Shown in pieces: positions 25,940 to 28,817 of a DNA stretch of 28,817 nt. A program made the position numbers and the translations under genes. The notes beneath the pieces were generated by a model that worked only from the letters and a program-made list of their open reading frames with translations, made no database searches and was not told the origin of the DNA. This DNA comes from Chitinophagaceae bacterium (lineage in GTDB: Bacteria; Bacteroidota; Bacteroidia; Chitinophagales; Chitinophagaceae), in the NCBI GenBank assembly GCA_035717045.1, contig DASTIZ010000393.1, forward strand, positions 1 through 28,817, read 5' to 3'. Numbering within the stretch: the stretch's first letter is position 1; each line of letters begins with the position of its first letter.

Positions 25940-25975
25940 CCTCACCCCAACCCTCTCCGCCGAAGGCGGAGAGGG
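25940..25975 (+). repeat. REP-like hairpin CCTCACCCCAACCCTCTCC...GGAGAGGG between tolC and the MFP gene
   Basis: Perfect 11-bp stem CCCTCTCCGCC-GAA-GGCGGAGAGGG (25951-25975). No U-tract, and it lies inside an operon. Confidence 0.7.
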
Positions 25976-26054
25976 AGAACGAAACACGTGATGAATTGAT
26001 ATTTCAACTAACAATATGAATCAGAAAAACGAAATAATACTAAAACCGGATACA

Positions 26055-27206
26055 ATGAATCAGTTATTGATGATTACATTAATCGCCGCCGGCGTGATCA
26101 TTACATCATGTGGCGGTGGAGCGAAGGATGCAAAAGGTGAATTGAATGATAAAAAAGTAAAGCTTGAAAAGCTCAAAACGGAAAAAACAAAGATTGAAAC
26201 TGAAATTCAAACGCTCCAGCAGGAAATAGCAAAGCTGGACCCTTCAGGAGGCAGTGTTGCACCCAAGCTTGTGGCTGTAACAGCGGTAAGTTTTCGACCC
26301 TTCGAACATTTTATTGACCTGCAGGGGAAAGTAGATGCAGATAATGTTTCGTATTTAATGCCGCGCGGCGGCCCTGCCCAGGTAAAAGCATTATACATCA
26401 AGAAAGGTGACTATGTCAGGAAAGGACAATTGATCATGAAGCTTGACGATGCTGTACAGTTAAGACAATTAGAAGGTTTGAAAACGCAAAAGGCATACGC
26501 TGAGGATATCTACAGACGCCAGAAGAACTTATGGGATCAGGGAATTGGAACCGAGGTACAGTTAAAAACAGCTGAGAACAATGTGAAATCTTTACAGGAT
26601 CAAATAAACACGTTAACAGAAGCGTGGCAAATGACGAATGTGCGCTCTGAAGTGAATGGTTATGTGGAACAGCTTAACCTGCGTGTAGGCGAAATTTTTG
26701 GCGCAGCTGCCGTGCCGCAGGTGGTCATCGTCAATTCTTCCTCATTGAAGGTGGTGACGGATGTACCTGAAAATTATATCAGCAAAATCAAAAAAGGAAC
26801 ACCGGTCAATATCAAACTTCCTGATCTGAATCTTGAATTCAACAGTACTATTTCGTTGATAAACCAGACAATCGGAGTGAATAGCCGGTCTGTTTCAACC
26901 GAGGCAAAGATCCCTTATAACCCCAAAGTACATATTAACCAGGTAGCCCTCGTTCGTATAAAAGATTATGTGAGTGAGAAAGCGATCGTGGTGCCACTTA
27001 CCGCTCTCCAAACTGATGAAAAAGGGAAGTATGTCTATGTACTGGCCACAGAGAATGGTAAAAAAGTGGCAAGAAAAAAACAAGTATTGGTGGGTGATAT
27101 CTATGGTGAACAAATAGAAGTGAGATCAGGGTTGGCGGAAGGTGATCAACTGATCACGGAAGGCTATCAAAGTTTATACGAAGGCCAGCCTGTCACCACT
27201 TCATGA
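26055..27206 (+). CDS. Efflux RND transporter periplasmic adaptor (MFP), lipoprotein
   Basis: Lipobox ITS-C, coiled coil, KGDYVRKGQLI lipoyl half, VPENYI, C-terminal GLAEGDQLITEG. ATG 26055 preferred over 26016. Confidence 0.9.
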   Translation: MNQLLMITLIAAGVIITSCGGGAKDAKGELNDKKVKLEKLKTEKTKIETEIQTLQQEIAKLDPSGGSVAPKLVAVTAVSFRPFEHFIDLQGKVDADNVSYLMPRGGPAQVKALYIKKGDYVRKGQLIMKLDDAVQLRQLEGLKTQKAYAEDIYRRQKNLWDQGIGTEVQLKTAENNVKSLQDQINTLTEAWQMTNVRSEVNGYVEQLNLRVGEIFGAAAVPQVVIVNSSSLKVVTDVPENYISKIKKGTPVNIKLPDLNLEFNSTISLINQTIGVNSRSVSTEAKIPYNPKVHINQVALVRIKDYVSEKAIVVPLTALQTDEKGKYVYVLATENGKKVARKKQVLVGDIYGEQIEVRSGLAEGDQLITEGYQSLYEGQPVTTS

Positions 27207-27328
27207 GCACTGCCAAGTGAGCCGGATGAATAGACAGAGGGAACGGATGTTTGCCTTTCGGTGCAGGGAGGCAAGAACAGCAGCACAAGGTGAATGAAAA
27301 CGCAAAAGCTGACGATAAAAAAATTTTT

Positions 27329-28817
27329 ATGAGCATCAAAGAGAAAATTGTCAATAAATTCAAAGAGTATAAACCAACCAGCTGGGTGATCGATCATAAA
27401 ACGGTGACCTATGTGGCCACCCTGGTGATCACCCTGTGGGGTTTGAACATTTTTACTACGCTTCCGAAAGAATCATATCCTGATATTGTCATCCCCCAGA
27501 TATATGTAACAACAGTGTATGCAGGTACATCGCCCAAGGACATGGAAGAGCTGGTAACAAGACCAATTGAAAAAGAGATAAGAGGCATTACCGGTGCCAG
27601 GATCAGGAATATCAAGAGTACATCTATCCAGGATTTCAGTAGCATACTGGTAGAGTTTGAAACAAGCGTGGAAGTTGCAGACGCCAAACAAAAGGTGAAG
27701 GATGCCGTGGATAAGGCAAAAGACGACCTGCCTGATGACCTGACTACAGAGCCCAATGTACTTGAAATTGCTTTTTCCGATTTTCCCATCATGTTTGTGA
27801 ATGTAAGCGGCAATTATGATCCGCTTACATTAAAAAAATATGCCGAGGACCTGCAGGACAGGATAGAAGCGTTGAGCGAAGTGAACAAGGCTGAAATCGT
27901 GGGTGCTCCCGAGAGGGAGATACAGATCAATGTGGATAAACTGAAGATGGAATCGGCCGGCATTACTTTCAATGACATTGCGCAGGCTATCGGCAGTGAA
28001 AACATGGATATGAGCGCAGGCAATGTGAAAATAGGAGCGATGCAACCAACCATCCAGGTGAGAGGGCAATACAAATCGGCGTTTGAAATGCAGGACCTGA
28101 TCGTCAAAAACATTTATGGTGCTTCCGTTTACCTGAGAGACATCGCCCATGTAATCGATACCGTAAAGGAGAAAGAAAGTTATTCCCGTCTTGAGAAAAA
28201 GAATGTGGTCACGCTGCAAATTGTAAAACGGGCCGGTGAAAATCTTATCAATACCTCCGATAAAGTAAAAGCCATCGTTGATGAAATGAAGAAGGGAGAA
28301 TTGCCGCCTGATCTTGACGTAGTGATTACGGGTGACCAGAGTGTGCAAACAAGAACCTCATTCAATGATTTAATCAATACGATCGTAATTGGTTTTATTC
28401 TTGTATTGCTGGTGTTGATGTTCTTTATGGGTGTGAACAATGCCTTCTTTGTGGCGTTGAGTGTTCCACTGAGTGTATTTGTTGCATTCATGTTCCTGCC
28501 CATTGCCGATTGGATCGTTGGCACCAAGGTGACATTGAACTTTATTGTCCTTTTTGCCTTGCTGTTTGGTTTGGGGATCATCGTTGATGATGCCATTGTG
28601 GTTATTGAGAATACTCACCGCATTTTTGGAAATGGACGAATGCCGATCAATACCGCGGCAAAGATGGCTGCGGGTGAAGTATTTGTGCCGGTACTTTCAG
28701 GTACCGTTACAACGCTGGCACCCTTCTTTCCACTTTTATTCTGGCCCGGGGTCATTGGAAAATTCATGATCTACCTGCCGACGATACTCATTCTTACACT
28801 CACGGCCTCATTGATCG
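27329..28817 (+). CDS. Efflux RND transporter permease (AcrB/AcrD/AcrF family), truncated by the window end
   Basis: Not in the ORF track because it has no stop. Read manually from ATG 27329: MSIKEKIVNKF...LPKESYPDIVIP...AGTSPKDMEELVTRPIEK...GIIVDDAIVVIEN (proton-relay Asp pair). The spot-checked segments, including the final codons, are in the same frame. Confidence 0.93.
   Translation, partial: MSIKEKIVNKFKEYKPTSWVIDHKTVTYVATLVITLWGLNIFTTLPKESYPDIVIPQIYVTTVYAGTSPKDMEELVTRPIEKEIRGITGARIRNIKSTSIQDFSSILVEFETSVEVADAKQKVKDAVDKAKDDLPDDLTTEPNVLEIAFSDFPIMFVNVSGNYDPLTLKKYAEDLQDRIEALSEVNKAEIVGAPEREIQINVDKLKMESAGITFNDIAQAIGSENMDMSAGNVKIGAMQPTIQVRGQYKSAFEMQDLIVKNIYGASVYLRDIAHVIDTVKEKESYSRLEKKNVVTLQIVKRAGENLINTSDKVKAIVDEMKKGELPPDLDVVITGDQSVQTRTSFNDLINTIVIGFILVLLVLMFFMGVNNAFFVALSVPLSVFVAFMFLPIADWIVGTKVTLNFIVLFALLFGLGIIVDDAIVVIENTHRIFGNGRMPINTAAKMAAGEVFVPVLSGTVTTLAPFFPLLFWPGVIGKFMIYLPTILILTLTASLI

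Noticed and set aside
25951-25975. Rho-independent terminator after tolC
   Set aside because: There is no U-tract, it sits inside an operon, and its sequence matches the REP-like family.
27167-28769. Several minus-strand ORFs in the track at the right end
   Set aside because: They are shadows of the plus-strand AcrB gene, which the track misses because it has no stop codon in the window.
1-28817. Mobile element, prophage or defence island
   Set aside because: No transposase, integrase, phage, restriction-modification or known defence motifs were seen, and no obvious compositional break by eye.

Overview
A 28.8 kb chromosomal window, most likely from a Bacteroidota genome (Chitinophagaceae-like). 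That assignment is an inference from TAnnTTTG -7 promoter boxes and the protein families present. Left part (1-11.9 kb): a molybdenum-cofactor locus. It has moaA, moeA, moaD, a MoeB-rhodanese fusion and moaE; the maturation genes xdhC, mocA-like and coxG; a TauE/SafE transporter; a PNPOx-like protein; a Tat-exported IorAB-type two-subunit molybdo-hydroxylase with no FAD subunit; and a convergent monoheme cytochrome c. moaC is not in the window. Middle: a PepSY-like lipoprotein, a possible orphan ORF, a 1025-aa zincin-motif/beta-propeller/Omp85 protein, a long-chain acyl-CoA ligase and a TPR protein. Right: serC-DUF1015, an S1/P1 nuclease/PLC-like protein, DUF502, and a TetR-TolC-MFP-AcrB efflux operon whose AcrB gene is truncated at the edge; this operon has a clear promoter overlapped by a palindromic operator candidate. 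No rRNA, tRNA, CRISPR array, integrase or transposase was seen. Many intergenic regions carry REP-like hairpins, foldback elements or inverted heptamer tracts. The most unusual items are a ~119-bp tandem REP-plus-linker array in the xdhC/iorA divergent promoter region, REP-like palindromes apparently inserted in frame in coding sequences, the protease-motif Omp85 protein, and DUF1015 directly behind serC. All calls come from motif reading; no searches were run.
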